DNA of 64,000 nt from the human T2T-CHM13v2.0 reference genome, Homo sapiens. The position numbers and the translations under genes were made by a program. Of this stretch, positions 15,991 through 31,731 are shown one piece after another. The DNA lies in assembly GCF_009914755.1 (NCBI RefSeq), contig NC_060926.1, one strand, 5' to 3'. The stretch's first letter is position 1; every line of letters begins with the position of its first letter. The notes beneath the pieces were generated by a model. That model was given only the letters and a program-made list of their open reading frames with translations. It was not told the origin of the DNA and made no database searches.

Positions 15991-17897
15991 TTTCTCTTGC
16001 CTTTTTAAAATAAGGAATGGAGGCAGCTTGTAATAAAAATACTGTAAGTATAAAATTACAATATAAGGCTGGAAAATAGACCTATATTCTACAAATCTAC
16101 CTACTGAAGACTTGCTGTGTGCTAGGGGCTGGGCTAGGTACTAAAGATTAAAGTGGAAAGACTCAGTCTCTTTCCTCTAAAAGGTCTCAGTATAATGGGG
16201 GAGGGAGACAATGAGCAAATCTAATATAGTGAACAGGACAAGTGCTGAGATGGGCTTGTGCAAGGTGTACTAGGAGCAGGGATCCAGAAGGACTTCAGTG
16301 AGTAGTGAGTGCTTGAGGTGAGGCCCAGTGTCAATCAGGAGTGCTTTTAGTTGCAAGTGACAGGCAATTTGATTCACAGTGTCTTCAGTCTTATCAATGT
16401 TTAATTATCTCCTGAGAATTCCAGAGGTTGGCTGCTTGGGGTTGGCCTGGCAGCTGAACCGTGTCATCAGGCATCCAGGCACTGTTCATCTTGTCACTTG
16501 GGTCGTGTGGTGTTTGTTGCGACATGGTCATGAGATGGCTGCAGCTGCACCAGGCATCACATCTGGGTTCAAGACAGAAAGCAGTGGGGAAGGGCTGGTG
16601 CCAGACAATGTCTCTCATGTGGGCACCCCTCACTGCAAGGGAGGCTGGGGAAGTGGACGGTTTGCTTCCCAGCCTCTCTGATGGAAGGTAGCAAGGGAGA
16701 GGAAGGTGTACAGTCACTCACCCATCTGTCTGCATCAGCAAGGAATGACTGGAAGTTCACCAGGTTATCAAGGCGGGGAAAAGCATTTCAGGCAGAGACA
16801 CACAATATGTGAAGACACAGAGGCAAAAGACACCATGGCATGTTTTGAGAGCACCAAGTAGTTTGGCATAAATTCCATGTGTGTTAAGCAGAGTAGCAGA
16901 ATGGGAAATAGGAGAGAGGGCCCAGGTAGGTGGACTCTGGCTTGAGCAGGGCTTCCTAGGCCTGGCTGGAGTCTAGTCTTTATGCTGAGGGCAAGGGAAG
17001 ACTCTCTCAGATTTGTGTTTTGGAATGATCCTCCCAGTAGCTGTGTGTAGCAAGGATGGAGACAGATAGGGCCAGAAGCAGAAAGACTGGGAGAGAAAGC
17101 CCTGCAACAGCCCAGGCAGGAAGGGGAGGAGCTTGAACTAGGGCAGTGATGGAGGGATGGAGAGAAGAAAAAGGAATAAGAAGCATTGTGTGCTGTTGGG
17201 ATTTTTTTAAAGACACATAAAGGAAGGATGGTGGGGGTCAGTAAGAAGGAGGGGGAAGCAGCCTTTGCCACCGCATGAGTCTCTGCAGTGATGGTGACTG
17301 GTGGCTGGAGGGGAGTGCCCCAGTCCACAGAGGTGCCTGCCCATCACTCTGGGTGAAGTCAGCTCTGTGCTACTAGCCTCTGTTATCAAGCCTGCTCCCT
17401 GTTGCCCCAGCAGCTCAGAGGCTTTTGAGCTTCCTCCCCTGAATTTCAGATGGTGCATATGGGGCCTGCAGCTTTTGATATCACCCTAAGAACACAAAGT
17501 TGGGAAAGTAAGTCCCTTCTAAAGTCAGAATGGCTGTGTGTCTGCCAAGCAAACCTGATCCACCCTAGCCTTGGATCACCCAGGTTCCTTCAGTTTGCTA
17601 GGCAGTGAGGAGGGGCTCTGAAGGTGGAAGGCCCAGAAGAGTTTGGCTGCAGGGAGACCCTCTTCTCCATCTAACAGACATTTGCCAGGCACCTGCTGTA
17701 TGCCAGGGACTATGTCAGGGGCACAGCAGTGAGTCAAAAATTGAAAGAGTTAACAAGAGAGATAGATACCGTAAGCTGCATTTTTTTGAGGTGCATATTC
17801 CAAAATGCAAATTCTTATAAAGTCAGAGCTAGTTCTAGAATCTTCCTCAAGTATATGCTTTTTGTACATATCCTGTGATTAATATTAATATACATAT

Positions 17898-18186
<289 letters not shown>

Positions 18187-20199
18187 AATATTTCTTTTTA
18201 AAACTAAGTTCTGAAAAGTTGTCTTTCCCTGGTTGCCTTTTTGGTTGACCACTGGGTGAAATACTTGGCTTGCATTTTTGGACCCACTTGAAGAAAGATA
18301 GCACTGTCTGAAATACCAGAATCAAGTGGCAATTCATGGTCTGTCAGGACCCGAAAGCCAGACCCAGGGCCCAGTCCAAGGAGAAGGGTGGGCTCCGTCT
18401 CTTCCTCCCTGTGCTTGGCCCATGATGCCCCCAGGCACTGGTTGGGTTCTGGGGGGTTGAACCAGAGGATGGAAATCATCGCAGGGTGGAGTCTTAGGAT
18501 ACCCGTGCTGGCTCATGGGGTGGCACTTTGAAACCTTGTGGTTGACCCCAGGTGGTGCCAAAGGCATCTGGCAGAGAGCAAGAGCTGTCTTCTCCAGCAT
18601 CGGGAGCCAGTCCAGAGGCCCCAGCTGCAGGTGCTGATGTGCATGTCCAGGTGGAGTGGGCTCCACTCCAGAGACGGACATGGAAATGTTAGTTGAATTT
18701 CCAGGAGCCGTGGCACTGGAGACAACAGAGGGTGGTTGTGGTGACGGGGAAGGGCAGGGTGCTGTGGGAGATGGGTCAGGGAAGGCCTCTTCTAAGGAAG
18801 GGTGTGGATGGGGCTGGGATGAGAGACTATCAGGGCAGAGCTGCAGGTGTGGGGAAGGGACGGATGCAAGGCAAGGCAGGGCTCACTGGACATGACCTGG
18901 GAGCACAGAGCAGAGGGCAGAGGGGAGACCACACAGGGCCTGCGAGCCAAGACTCAATCTTAAATGCAACAGAAAACCATGGAAAGGTCTACACTGAGAG
19001 TGACGGGATCTGACTCATGCTTATTTTGTTATATTTTTAATTGTGGTAAAAAACTCATCACATAAACTTTTCCATTGCACTCACTTTCAAATGTATAGTG
19101 GAGTAAAGTACGTTCACATTGTGCAAACATCACACCATCCATTTCCAGGTTATTCTCATCTGGCAAAACTGAAACTCTGTCCCCATTAAATATGAACTCC
19201 CCATTCTCCCCAGCCCCTGACAACCACCGTTCTTTCAGTCTCTAGGAATTTGACTCCTAGACTCCTCATATAAGTGAATTTGTGGAGTATTAGTCCTTTT
19301 GTGATTAGGTTATTTCACTCATCATAACACCCTCCAGGGTCTCCAGGTTGCAACTCGCAAAGGGTGACAGATGCCAAACATGACCCCTGCCTTCACACTT
19401 GAGTTCCTGGGGAGATGGTGATACTATGTTGGAGATGGAGGACTCTGGAGGAGGGGCAACCTTGGGAGCAGTGGGTGGAGGTCAGTGTGGAAGGAAGAAC
19501 CAGAGTTAAGTAATGAACGTGTTCTGTTTCAGGTGCCTCTGTGGCATCCAAATGGACGAACCCAGTAGACAGGTATTTTGGTTTTCTATTGCCGTGCGAT
19601 GAACTACCACTAATGTATGACAAAAGCAACATGCATGACTGTTTTTGTCCCATGGCATTTATTGTGACTCATGGCTTTGTGGGTTAGAAATTCTGGCAGG
19701 GCTTGGATGGGCAGTTCTGTTCCTCACAGCATCAAGTGAAGTTGGTGAAGCCTTGGCCAGAAGCTTCGTGGTCTGATGCCTTGGGTGGGGGTGGCTGGGA
19801 GGCTGGGCTCAGCCAGGACTCTTGACTGGGGCATCCACAGGTGGGTCTCCAGCATGACGTCTCAGGGTGGTTGGACTCCATGCGTGATGGCTGAGGGCCC
19901 CAGAGCTGACCCTCCAAAAGACTGAACTGGAAGCTGCCTGTCTCCTAAGGCCTGGGCTTGGAAACTGCATGGTGTCATTTCTGCCATATTTTATTAGTCA
20001 TGTAGTCACAGAGTCCATCTAGATTCAAAGAAAGAGGTCATAGGCCACTTCTCAATAGGATAAGTAACAAGAATTTCCAGCCAACTAAACAGCACATATA
20101 AAGATGTGGATTTCAGAAAAGAGGTCCCATTTTCCTGCCTTCCTTTCTTCTCCCTTTTCCTCCCTGTCTCCCTTGCCCTTCCTCTCACCCTTCTTTTAA

Positions 20200-21340
20200 A
20201 AGGTGTCCCTTAAGTACCTACAGAGGTACAGGGACTGCTATGAATGGTGAGGGTACAGCAATGACCAAGATCTCTGGTCTTCCTCTTATGGGGCTTACAA
20301 ACCAGGCAACAGCAGGTGAAACCATCAACTGAGCAAGAAAGACACCTTATAGTGTACCCGTGTTAAGCAGAGAAGTGGAAAAGGAGGGTGTGGGAAATAG
20401 CTCTTGGGCTGCCATTGTAGATCAGATGGACCAGCTTAGCGGGAAGGCCTCGCTGAAGGGTGACATGAGACAGGAAGGGGTTGGCCACGCATGTTCAGGG
20501 CAGAGGGAACAACGGCTGGTATAAACCCCCAGTGGGAGTGAGCGGGTCTGGTTTGAGAAACAGGAAGAAGGGTTGCCTGCAATGTGGGTGGGGTGAGTGG
20601 GGAGAAGCGTGGGTGGTTAGAAATCAGCTAACAGAGCACTTTATCACTCAGTGCGGGAGTGTAGAATTTATTTTAAATATTTTGGGAAGACTTTAGGGGT
20701 TTAATCAAGGTAGGGACAGGATCTGATTTCCATATAATGTAAATCTGGTGGCCGAGTGGAACCCTAGTTCGAGCTGGGAGACCAGGCACGGGGCCACCGC
20801 CATGGTCCAGGTGAGAGAGGCCGGCTGGACAGGTGGAGAGAGAGAGCCACAGGTGGGCTGAAGATACTGCTTTGGAGGTGCACAGTGGAGATGCGCTGAG
20901 GGACTGGATGGGAGAGGGCATGGTTATGAGAGTAGGAGGGAGATAAGGTTGACACCTGGAGCCTCGATGGACCACCTGGGAGGACGATGTAGCTGAGCAG
21001 ATGGAGAAATGGGGAAGGTGGGTTGAGTTTGAGATGTGTTTTAGACACCCAAGTTGCCACCGGAAACTATGAGTCTGGGGTTCTTGGAAGTGGTCCAGGC
21101 TGGAGATTGAGACTGGGAAGTCATAGGCCTATAGCTGGTATTTACAACCAGGGACTGGGAGAGAGCCCCAGGGTTCATGTGTAGAGAGAATAGAAAGGGA
21201 CCCAGGAATGAGCCCTGGATGCTGGCTAACATTAAGAGGCAGAGCAAAGGATGAAACAGCAAAGGAGACTGGGAGGGACCCGCCGAACAAGTAGGAGAGC
21301 TCCTAAGAGTCACAGCAGCCAGTAAGCAAAGCAGAAGAGA
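20200..21340 (-). mobile_element. L2 fragment
   Basis: Purine-rich antisense L2 motifs (ttgagtttgagatgtgttttagacacccaagt...). Confidence 0.65.
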
Positions 21341-21974
<634 letters not shown>

Positions 21975-22015
21975 TATACCAGGGAGTGTTCTGTATGGAG
22001 ATACAAATGAAGGCT

Positions 22016-22581
22016 ATGTGTCTCAGTTACGTATTGCTATGGAAGAGACCACCCCAATACTCAGCAACTTAAAACAATGTACATTTATGATTTCATAGTT
22101 TCTCTGACTTATGAATCCAACTACAGTTTTAGCTGAGTATCTCTGCACAGGGCCATTCCCAGGCTGAAACTGTTGGCTGGGGCTGCATTCATTTCAAGGC
22201 TTGACTTTCCGAGAGGTGGCAGAGGATTTGTTTCCAAATCTACTCATGTGACTGTTGGCAGGATTCAGCTGTGGCTTGTTGGGCTGAGGGTCTGAGTTCC
22301 TTGCTGGCTGTTGACAGGAGTACTCCCTGGGCCCCTTGCCGCGTAGGGTGCTTCGCAGCATGGCAGCTCTGCCACCTGTCTTTCAGGAGAAGATGAGCAA
22401 GAGGGATAACAGGTCCTTTTGCAACCTAATTTCAGAAGTGACTTCCTGTGTCTTTTGCCATATTTTGTGAGTTGGAAGTGAGTCGTTAGGTGTATCCCAC
22501 ACTAAAGGGGTGGGGACTCCACAAGAGGGTGACTGCAGGAGCTGGGGATCATTGAGGGTCATCCTAGAGGCTGCCTGCCAC
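22016..22581 (-). mobile_element. MLT1 LTR
   Basis: Antisense MaLR motifs (cttaaaacaatg...gaggctgcctgccaca). Confidence 0.7.
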
Positions 22582-23117
22582 AGCCAGGGAGTGGAGGAAG
22601 CTGAAGAAGGGTGCAGCCTGAAGCAGGAGTGAGGAGCCTGACAACTCAAGGGGTGGCAGAAAGGGAGAGAACTGGGACAGAGAAGAGCCTGAGAAGCAGG
22701 GAACAGTGTGTAGGTTCCGTGAGCAACACAAACAAAAGTCACTGCTTTCAGTTTTGCAAACTTAATTCTCATCTAAGCCCTCTCAGACACGTGTTAGAAT
22801 TCCCATCTTTCAAATGAGGAAACTGAGGCTGGGCGAGGGCTGTAGAGATGGAGAGAGTTGGATGGGTTCAAAGAGCGCTCATTAGGGATGGATTGCAGGG
22901 AAGGGTGGGTGAGGAAGTGAGCAGGATCATGGCAGACATGGATTTGGTGGTTTCTGTGGAGATGGGAAATGCCACGAGGTCTCCTTATTGTTCTGTCAGG
23001 GGTGACTCAGTCCCCGTGCATCAGGGTCAGCTCCCATGAGGCCTGGGACTTGAGTGGGGCCTCCATGGTGGCTTGGAAGCTGCTCCCCACCACAGGCCAT
23101 TTTCTCTTCTCTTGCAG

Positions 23118-23288
23118 CTTTGGATACCTCCCGCTTTTGGCTGTCGACCTGAGTATGACAACGGATTGGAGGAGATTGTCTTTGGCTTTGAACCCTGGAT
23201 AATTGTGGTCAACCTGGCCATGCCTTTTTCTATTTTCTATGGAATGCACGCAGCTGCCTCCCTCTTTGAGGTCTATTGTAAGATATAG
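23118..23288 (+). pseudogene. OTOP1: OTOP1 pseudogene last coding exon homolog (171 bp to stop)
   Basis: cttgcag|CTT TGG ATA CCT...AAG ATA TAG; translates LWIPPAFGCRPEYDNGLEEIVFGFEPWIIVVNLAMPFSIFYGMHAAASLFEVYCKI*. Confidence 0.95.
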
Positions 23289-25140
23289 TCTGGTTCCACA
23301 AGAGACCGAGGAGTGAGCTAACAAGAGTTCATTGGAGCCAACTGGGAATGGCCAGGTTGGACAAATATTGCCTGACAAACATGAGAAGGGCCACCTTTTG
23401 TCTGCAAAGATTGTGCTTCCTGTGGGCTGGAACTGCCCATCACCTCTGATGAATGTAAACAAGTTAGATCAAAATCCATAAGGTGGCTGGAATCTGTCCT
23501 TGGTTAGTTAAATGCTAATCAAGCCCAAATTATTTTATTGCCTTCTAAATGATTTAGAAGAATGTGATTCTGGCTTGGGAAAAAATCTATCCAGTTTGTT
23601 TTTCATAAAAAGCATTTTCTTTGTGTCATTTATCATGTGACTCCATACAACCTTTTCCTGACCACCTGCATAGTAATTTACACTTTAAAAATTTATCCTT
23701 CTCAAAGCCTATGAATTTAGACACAATCACTATTGTTTCTGAATAGGTTTAATTTCTTGAAGTTATTTTTATCAGCTGGATAGAAATTTGTATACAGACC
23801 AATATAAAAACACATTTCTTACCTGAAATGTTGGCACATTTTTGTGATCATTTTCAAGTATTTTTAAAAAGAAATTTCACTGTTCTCTCTTTCACTGTAA
23901 ATACATACATGTTTATTGTAAAAAATTTGGATATTTCAGAAAAGTAGAGAGAAAAAGTCACCTACGATGCCATTGTTCAATTAACAATTACTTTTAATAT
24001 CTTGGTGTATTTCTTCCGACCATGTTGATGAGATTCTTTTTATTGTCATTATTATACCTTTGAATGGTGATGTAACATATTTGATTTTGTATTCAGTTAT
24101 TTTCCTACTTAACAATATGGCATAAACCTTGCCCCCATATTGTTATAAGTTCTTTATAAATATCATTTTAATGCTGTATGATAGTCTATCAAGTGAATGT
24201 ACCTTAATTAACACAGTTTCCTATGGTTGGTTTTACAGTGTTTATAACTTTTTGCTTTTATAGGTAACTCTGCAAAAATCAACCATATTTGTGAAGCATT
24301 TCCTATATTTAGAATTGCTTCTTTAAGATATGGAATTACAATTAGGATGCCTAGTCCAAAGATTAAGTTTATAAATATTTCAAAGGTGCCTAAGGAATAT
24401 TGACATTTGGGAGGCCTTTGTATAGTTTTTCCACAGCTATTTTAAAATAATAATAAAATTAATTTTCTTACTGTAAGTATTAATGTATCTTTTCATTTGA
24501 GTGTATTTTTTTCAGACAGTGCAGGCAATGGGACAGTAATAAATACAAAGTTTTTTTTAACATGACTAAAGTACACTTATTTTAGAAAAAACTAAAAAAT
24601 AGGCATATATACTAAAAAACAAAGGAAAGCATCATCTATACATGTCCCATCTAGAGAATCGGTTCTCCAACTGGGGACCTTGTTCCTTGAGGGGACATTT
24701 AGCAATATCTGAAGACATTTTTAAATATTTATTTTTTATTAAAATTAAAATAAATCTAAATTATACATAACATTTATACATACTTACAGGGTACATGTGA
24801 TATTTTGATATAAACATATAATAAATAATAATCAAATCAGGGTGACAGATATTCATACCCTCAGGTATGTATCTTTTTTGTGTGTTAGGAACATTCTAAT
24901 TTCACTATGTTAGTTACTCTAAAATATACAATAAATTGTTGTTAACTATAGTTGTACTTTTATGCTACCAAACACATTTTTGATTGTTACACTACTGCAC
25001 CCAGGGATACTGCTAACACCCTACAACACACAGGACAGCCCCACCACAAAGTCTTCGGGCTGATTGTCAATGGTGCTGAGGTAATCTAGAGGTAACTGCT
25101 GTTAAGTATTGTTATCTAGGTAGCTATTAGTACACACACA

Positions 25141-25824
<684 letters not shown>

Positions 25825-27868
25825 TGAAGGCGGTGTTTTTATGTATACTGCGTTTGTATGTAACTTGCTTTTTTCCTCTTGATACACCAGAGTGCTTCTT
25901 CCCTATTTTGGGTCCCAGGCATCGATGCTCTGGCTTTAGTGTGCCTGAGACTCATCTGGGGAACTTGTTAGGATTCCTGCCCTCCAAGCTGGAAGTGCAG
26001 ATTCAGTCTGGAGGGGGGCCCGGAAGTCTGCACTTTCATGAGCATCTCAGGGGATGCCAACTCCCTTTGATAAGCATCTCCTTGGACGTCCATGGACCCC
26101 AAGCTAGGACTCCTAAGTTTCCTTGACATTGTATATCCATATGCAGTATGATTTTGGGTGGATTTAAGGTACATTCCATGGAAGGATGTACCATTCCTTA
26201 TTTTTTCAAACGGTGATGTTGGACATTTAGAGATATTTAGGTGGTTCCTTTTTTTTGGTGCTACTGTAAACAATGCTATGGTGATCATCTTTGTAACTGA
26301 GTCTTTGAGGTCAGTAACAAACTATCCTCTGGAGTGATTTATGCTGACTAAGCAGTGACTGAGCAAGAATACAGGTTTCCCCATTTTGGTTGGCATTACC
26401 TTTACCCCTGTTCTAAGCACATTAGAAAAGCCCTGAGGCCTCAGCTGTGGGTTTTGGGCTCTTCCAAGGAGACAAAGGAGCTATCATAATGCTGGGAATG
26501 ATGGATCCAGGCTGTGGGGATGCTATTGTGGACACAGGGCAGCATCAGAGCTTGGAAAAGCCTGCATGGCTGGCCAGGCTCAGCGTTTCCAAGAAAGGAT
26601 CTAAAGATGGATGAAGCATCTCCTATCCTCAACAGGCAGCCTCAGGGATGGCTATTTCAGCTAGGTGCTTTTTACCTCCAAGTAATTAAGCATCCTGACT
26701 CAACCAGCGTAGGTGGCAAGGAAAATTTACTATCTTAATGCCAAGGCAATTTGCCAAAGAGGAACCAGAATGTGCAATACACAAGTGTTAAGGTCTCAGG
26801 GATTAATACAGGGAATACAAATTGAAATAATAATGAGTTACCACTTCCCATTCATTAGATTGGCAAGAGTTGGCAAGAAGTGAAAGAAAGACTCATATAT
26901 ACTGCTAGTGGGAGCGTAAATGAATAAAATCAGATAGGACAGCAATTGGCAATATTGACTAAGGCTGGAGGTACACATTCCTTACGACCTAAGAATTCTG
27001 TTCCTTGGCATGTGCTCCAGAGACAGCCTCACACCTATGTTCAGGAATGTTCACTCAGCATAACTTGTAATTAGGAAAATGGAAAACAGCCTAAATGCCT
27101 GTCAATTAGGAGTGCAGATAGACACACTAGGGACAATTTCCATGATGGACTATTTCACAAGAGGAAAAAATGAACACAACAGAATTCATGTATCAACATG
27201 GATAGTCCCCCAAAACAATGTTGAATGAAACATTAAGTAGTGTAGGGGTATAATTGGTATGATACCATTTATATGATGTCTAGGAACAAGCAAAACAATC
27301 CCTGATATTGCTGGGGGATATGTCCATATGTAGTAAGATTACAAACACACCTGAAGAAAGAATGCATGCCAAGTTCAGTGTAGTGAGAAGGGGAGGGGCT
27401 TGGAACCAGCAACTGAGTTCATGCTGTGTCCGAAATATTTTTTCTTAAGCAAAGATGTATTCATTATGTTTTCATCTGCACTCTTAAAATGTACTCTTTA
27501 AATGTACTTTTAATGTATTTTAAAGAAATTTTAAATGAGATATTTAATAATACAAGTATTTGAGAGCAATAAAAAAAGAAAGTCCATACAAGGAAGATGA
27601 ACTTAGACAGAGCTACCAGAGCAGGTAAATTTCCAGCATTCTTCCATCATTGTTGAGAGATGGGTGTCAAAGCCAGTGGTGTTCTGTTCTCCTTGGCAGG
27701 TAGATCCCCAAGGTGGGGTAGCTCAATGCAATTAGCTGGTAAGATCACCGGACTCACTCTTCCAGGGATGACTCCGTGCACATTAGGAAACCTGACATTG
27801 GTTTGCCTTCCAATGTCTCTCTTTGCTGTGGGGGCAATGCCCTGGGCACACATATTATCAGGACAATC

Positions 27869-28232
27869 TGCAATGGACTGGATGTTTGTTTCCCCCTTAA
27901 ATTCATATGTTGAAGCTTAATGGCAATGTGGTGGTATTTGGAGGTGGGGTCTTTGGGAGGTAATGAGGTCATGACGGTAGGACCCTTGTGAATGGGATTA
28001 GCGCCTGTAAGAGGGGGCCAGAGAGCTTGTGCACTTCTTTTCTGTCATGTGAGGATGCAATGAGAAGACAGCTGTCTGTGACCTGGAAGAGGGCCCTCAC
28101 CAGAACCCGACCATGCCAGCACTGGCACCCTGATCTTGGGCTTCCAGCCTCCAGACCTGTGAGAAATAAATGCCTGTTGTTGATTAGCCACCCAGCTTGT
28201 GCTATTTTGTTACAGCAGCTTGCACTGAGTAA
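27869..28232 (+). mobile_element. MLT1A-type LTR
   Basis: tgcaatggactg...aattcatatgttgaa...gtgagaaataaatg...ttgttacagcagc. Confidence 0.8.
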
Positions 28233-29035
28233 GTTACTCCCTTACCTGCTGTAACCGTATACAGGAGGGGCCTGTGCATTTGGTAGCTTGGGTTCATCCC
28301 TGAGCCTGTGAAACTTAGATTTGAACTCATGTATTTTGGGTGCCATGATTCTTGTCGAGGCAGAGTGGAAGGGCAAGGGCATGGAGCTAGATATCCAGGG
28401 TGACAACAGGCTCCCATGGTGCCTGAGTGTGCATTAAAAAAAGCACCCCTTCCACAAGACATTCTCCAAACTGTCGAACCAAACCCACCAGCATCTTCCT
28501 ACCTGCCCATGTGCCAGGGTGGGGGGAAAATTAGACATGTTTGTCTCCCCACTACAAATGTCGGCCAAAAGATCCAACTGGAAAATGCTTGCTACTACCT
28601 TCCAGTTTCACGACCCTCTCAGCTAAGGAAGCCCTTCCTGCATCCATGTCTCTCTATGCCTGTCTGTGAAGTCCCAGCTCACAGCTGACCTGGTTAGGTA
28701 AGCACTGTTATTTTGTTTCAACGGAGGGAACCTTTGGATTACATGTACATAGCTAGTCAGTGGCAGCATTTGGTTCATCACGCTGGTTTTAAAAACTCCA
28801 TTGCCTTTTCTCTTCATTAGTCCTATCATCTTATGAAGAAAGTCAACTCAGTAAAAATATCCGTCAAACAATGGCTTAGGGATATGCGTACAGAACAATC
28901 AAATCAGCTGACAGAATATCTGGCTTTTCACCCAGTTATAAAATGTTGTGCTTTGCTTAACATGGTGAAGAACGAAAGCTGCTAACAGCTGATTTCTTTC
29001 TCCCAAAATGTGAGCCCTGCTATGGGAGAGCGCAA

Positions 29036-29050
29036 CCAGCAGGGGGCGCT
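29036..29050 (+). promoter_or_regulatory. CTCF consensus site
   Basis: CCAGCAGGGGGCGCT matches the core CTCF consensus. Confidence 0.7.
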
Positions 29051-29568
29051 GGCGTCTTTCCCTGAACTTCAGGGCACGCTTGAGAGATGGTACCTGGTGG
29101 GTGGGCAGTGGCCTCAAGTTACCAAACGAAGGGGTGGGCGCAAGGTGTGCTGATTGGACTCCATTGGCTGCGCTGGGTTCCCGTAGCGTATGTGAGAGAT
29201 ACCTGTCACCACTTCCCGGCTAAGACCCAGCCAGTTTCAGCAAGGACGTTCCCTCCACTGGACCCACCAGGACCCACTCCCTGCAGGGCACCATGGTCCC
29301 TCTCAAGAGGCTTTGGAGGAACTTGGGAGTTACAGGGTGTTCCCCTGATGGGAGAGTCCCTGGCATGCCACGTGTGAATGGGACTGAGTTGGGTGGGGGA
29401 GGCTGGGAGGGCACTTGTGCTGGGTGTGATGGGGGAATGTAGTCCATGTTAGTTCCTCCTAAGAGCAGCCACTAAGAGGACTCTGGGGAGGGACAGATGG
29501 GTGCAGTGTTTTAACCCACAAATGGAAGGGTAATTCTGGCATGATGGTGGTTTTAGCAATGTTAGTAA

Positions 29569-29980
<412 letters not shown>

Positions 29981-31059
29981 TAGTAGAAAATACAAACTCC
30001 TACCCGTGGACTATTGGGGCTATCACGATCTGGGCTCTGCATCTCCATCTTCTCATGCCAATCCCATCCTCTGCCTCCCCAACCCCATCGCCCTTCCTCC
30101 TGCATGGCTGCAGCCACACCTGGCTTCTTCTCTTTAATATTCCTACCATGCCTGCCCCACAGGACCTCCGCAGGAGCTGCTCTCTCTGGGGTGTGCACTT
30201 CTGGCTCAGGGCAAGGATCCATCTTTCTCACCCTTCAGGCTGTGTGTAGATAGATGTCCCTCTGTAGTGAGGTCCTCACTATCCAGCTCATTACGCTTCA
30301 CTTCGGCACCCTGTCCAGACCCTTCACAGTCAGCTGCCAGCTGTGTTTTCTTATTTATTGGTGCTCATCCAGTCCAGTCCTGGATGGGACTGCCTGCCTC
30401 ATGAGGGCAGGAGCTTTGCCTTCTCCTCTCCCAGAACCTCCCTGATGTGGTTGCTTGGACACGTGGGCCACCCTCCCAACACCAGACTATCGCAGGGTGC
30501 GGGAAGGGCTGGGGCCGCCGCGGGCCTTGAGGATCGCCATGTTTCCTTCTCTAGTTTTTGAGACATTGGTGAAGATCCTCTGCCTGCTTCTAGCACACAC
30601 ATCCTGACCTCCTTCTGCCTTCAAGACACAAGATGGCGCTTTAAGCCTTGTTGTTAAGAAAGAGGACTACAAACGCTTGAGTTTCTTCCCTCTGCTCGCT
30701 CTCAGACGTGGCTTGCGAGGGGATTTGTGGGGTCCACCTCTCCACAGCTTGGTGGGTGGGTTCCGTCCTCCTCCTCGGACAGGGCAGGACCAGCAGCCAA
30801 TCACTCCTTCCTGCCAGAGAAGGAAGTGGCGCTCAAACTGTTTTTCTGACATCAGTAATATCTGCCTACACTCCTCCAGCAGGCATCTCTGAAACATCAG
30901 TTTTGGGTGATTGGTCTAAGCCAAGCACCTTTGATAGCAAGGGTAAGCCCGCTATCCTTTGCTGGAGATGGGCATGGAGAGGGCATGTGAAGAGTGCCAG
31001 ACCAGGCGTTGACAAGCTATGGCTCATGAGAAGAATGGAGTGTACATTTTTAAAGGGTC

Positions 31060-31060
<1 letters not shown>

Positions 31061-31128
<68 letters not shown>
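31061..31128. repeat. (CT)n(CA)n microsatellite
   Basis: Directly visible. Confidence 0.95.
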
Positions 31129-31132
<4 letters not shown>

Positions 31133-31530
31133 TATGCTGCAGAGATCATATGTGACCTGACAAGCCTAAAATACTCACTATCTGGTCCTTTATAGGAAAT
31201 GCTTACTGACCTCTGGTCTAAACACTGAGAGGTAAGGGACCTCTGCTGCACCGCCCTGGAGGGATTTTTGATCCCTAAATAAGAAGAGGTGAGGAGGAAG
31301 CCTGCCCTTCCTCCTGGCCTGAATGTGCTTCTGAGAGGCAGTCAAGCCTGGAACTGTGGCAGCCGGCTTGTGACCATGAAGAAACCAGCCCAAGAAGAAA
31401 GGCCAACCTGCCAAGGAGGGAACAGGAGCCTGGGGCCTCGAGGACTTTGCTGAGCCTTCGTGTGACCCTGGAGCCACCTTCCTCTGGAGTTCTTGTGATG
31501 GCAGATAATTCAATGTTGTCATTGTTCAAG

Positions 31531-31731
31531 CCAGGGGTGGGCGAACTTTTTCCATAAAGGGCCACATGGAAAACATTTTAGGCTCTGTGTGGGCCATGAG
31601 ATCTCTGTTGGCACTACAACCCTAAAAACAACCATAGACAATGTGTAAATGAATGGGTACACCTATGTTCCAATAAAACTTTATAAAAATAGATGGTGGG
31701 CTGAATTTGGCCCTGAGGGCCAGAGTTTGCT
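31531..31731 (+). mobile_element. MER58A (hAT-Charlie)
   Basis: caggggtgggcgaacttttt...aagggcca...gttccaataaaacttta...agtttgc. Confidence 0.8.
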
